DNA of 64,000 bases from Eledone cirrhosa (Eukaryota): assembly GCA_964016885.1 (NCBI GenBank), contig OZ024749.1, positions 17,608,001 through 17,672,000 of the forward strand. The letters are read 5' to 3'. Numbering within the stretch: position 1 is the stretch's first letter; every line of letters starts with the position of its first letter. Made by a program: the position numbers and the translations under genes. The notes beneath the pieces were generated by a model. That model saw nothing but the letters and a program-made list of their open reading frames with translations. It searched no databases and was not told where the DNA came from. Below, in pieces: positions 61,901 to 64,000 of the stretch.

Positions 61901-64000
61901 GTTTGACATGCCTGATCTACATGATAAAGGTTTCCAGTACATGCTTTAATGTGGGTGTGATAGGAAGCGTTTCTAATCACAGAGAGCTTACCAGAGAAGG
62001 GTTTTGAGGACCCTGCAGTTGCGTCAAGGGCATGGCAACCTCCGTAGTGTTGGGGTCTACATAAATACACCCAGTATGTGATGTAAAGTTGGTGGTGGTA
62101 GGGAGGGTACCCAGCCACACAAAACTCGCCAAACAAAAGGTTGGGAGGACAGTTCAGTTGTGTTGAAGACATGACACCATCTTTAGTAATGGTGCCACAA
62201 TACAATACACTCAGTAGATTGTGGGACAATATGTAAAGAGGTGTGGACCATCCACTCCATTCTGGTTTGTGAAGACCTGACCAATCCTTGTTAGCAGGGA
62301 AAGTGGATGTTAAATGATGATGATGAGCTGTGACGTTACTGGTACCAGGCTGTTTCTGACTTTACATAGCACGATGTGTAATATATATATATATACAAAA
62401 AAAAAATGAATTAAAACATATTTAGGATTTTGTGTTTCTCAATTAGCAAGCTCAATAGACAATATCTAGAGCCATAATAACTAAACGAGGATATATATAT
62501 ATATAATAATAATTGTTTCTACTTTAGGCACAAGGCCAGCAATTACGCAGTGCATTACTGGTACTTTATTTTATCGACCCCGTAAGGATGAAAGGCAAAG
62601 TAAACCTCGGTGGGATTTGAACTCAGACCGTAAAGGGACGTAACTATGCTGGAAAGCATGGCGTCCGACTCTACGGATACTGCCAATCCCCCGCCCTTAT
62701 ATATATAATAATAATATTACTGCCAATCCCCCGCCCTTATATATATAATAATAATATTAATATGACGGAACTAGCAAGGGAATCACTGCTAGGAACGATT
62801 GCATCTCAGTGTACTCAATAGGTAATGTTAAAAAACTCCCAGAGTATATTTAACATGTACTTCAAAATCAATCGATTGGATCATTGCTCCAATGGATGCA
62901 CTCGATCAAACAGAGCCCTCAGCATGTATTTCAAGCTGCGCTTTTACACTAGCATGGTACTTCCCGTGGCCATCTCTGACTGTGAAACATGGAAACGCAC
63001 TGAGAAGATTGATAGGTATCTAAAAGCTTTCCATCAGAGGAGCCTGCGTAGGATTGTAAAGGTCAGCTGGTAAGATCCTGTGGAAAGCAAGGTCACATAC
63101 ACTGCAGGAGATAATCCTGAATGTTGGTTCCATTTTGCACCTCTCAGAAGATCACCCAAAACAGCGATGACATGGATTCACCTTGAAGGCAAGTGGAAAA
63201 GAGGCCAGCCGCAAATGATCTGGTGGAACACATTCCAAAGTGTCCCACAAACTGTCAACATCAGCTGGCATGGATGTCAACAAGCTGTCACCAACTGAAA
63301 TCATTGGAAACAATTAGTTAATGGTAGTGGTAGTGTTTGCTGGTAAGTTGCTGGTGTATACACATGTTGTTGTTGTTGACATATATTCCTGATGGAACAA
63401 TCTGGACTAAGAACTAAAGAGCTATACATACCATGTTATCACTATATATATATTCAGTACACACAATATATATAGACTATATGATGTTGTCCAAAGGAAA
63501 GTCAAAGGCCGATATAACTTGGAACCAGAGTTGTCACAACTTAATTTTTTCCAGCTGATGAAATAAAATGTTTTATTGTACGACAGAACATGCTGCCCAG
63601 CCCAGGAATTGAACTCACAAGTTTATCATTGAGTCCAACACCCTAACCAATACTCTATTACCTTTTACTCATGACTTAAAGGGACCCTGTGGGAAAAACG
63701 GCAATAATACACCATTGAGATGATCAACTGGTCAATCTATCAAATAAAATGACCATCATCATCATCATTCACTGTCCACTATCACTAAAACATAGGAAGA
63801 CATGTAGATTAGTGGTAAGAGAATTGGATTGACAACCATGGGGTTCTGAGTTCAATTCCTTGACTAGGTAATGTGTTAAGTCCTTCAGCAAGACACTTTA
63901 TTTCACCTTGCTCTATCTGCCAGGAATTACAACTGGTAGATTGTAGATTACATCCTCAATTGGAAAGTCTAATGGAAACATTGTTTCTTTGGTCCAATCT

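Larger units (their letters stand above)
50288..64000 (+). repeat. Segmental duplication, copy 2
   Basis: Colinear with 21667-35318 apart from indels; runs off the window end. Confidence 0.97.

Overview
AT-rich, repeat-dense animal genomic DNA, not prokaryotic. The style points to a coleoid cephalopod such as Octopus (inference): single-exon KRAB-less C2H2 arrays, (TA)n tracts, tRNA-derived Meta/CORE-type SINEs and Penelope-like elements. The backbone is a head-to-tail cluster of a duplicated C2H2 zinc-finger cassette on the minus strand. Four copies keep a ZNF ORF (6+, 7, 4 and 37 fingers) and at least two appear to have lost it. A ~28.6-kb-offset segmental duplication (21667-35318 vs 50288-64000) is visible. 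Mobile elements include a Naiad-like and a Neptune-like Penelope retroelement, a non-autonomous Helitron, a non-coding LTR element family (TG..TA ends, 4-bp TSD, unusually long tRNA-Trp-like PBS), an internally deleted Gypsy with a -1 frameshift site nested in a hAT-like element, RTE LINE fragments and many SINEs. The most notable unannotated signal is a set of minimal type-I hammerhead ribozyme motifs. Some lie in long fold-back palindromes, one pair has an intact and a G5A arm, two are U3-A8 core variants, and one is split by an LTR insertion. They recur where ZNF coding exons are missing. All calls are by eye; no database searches were run.
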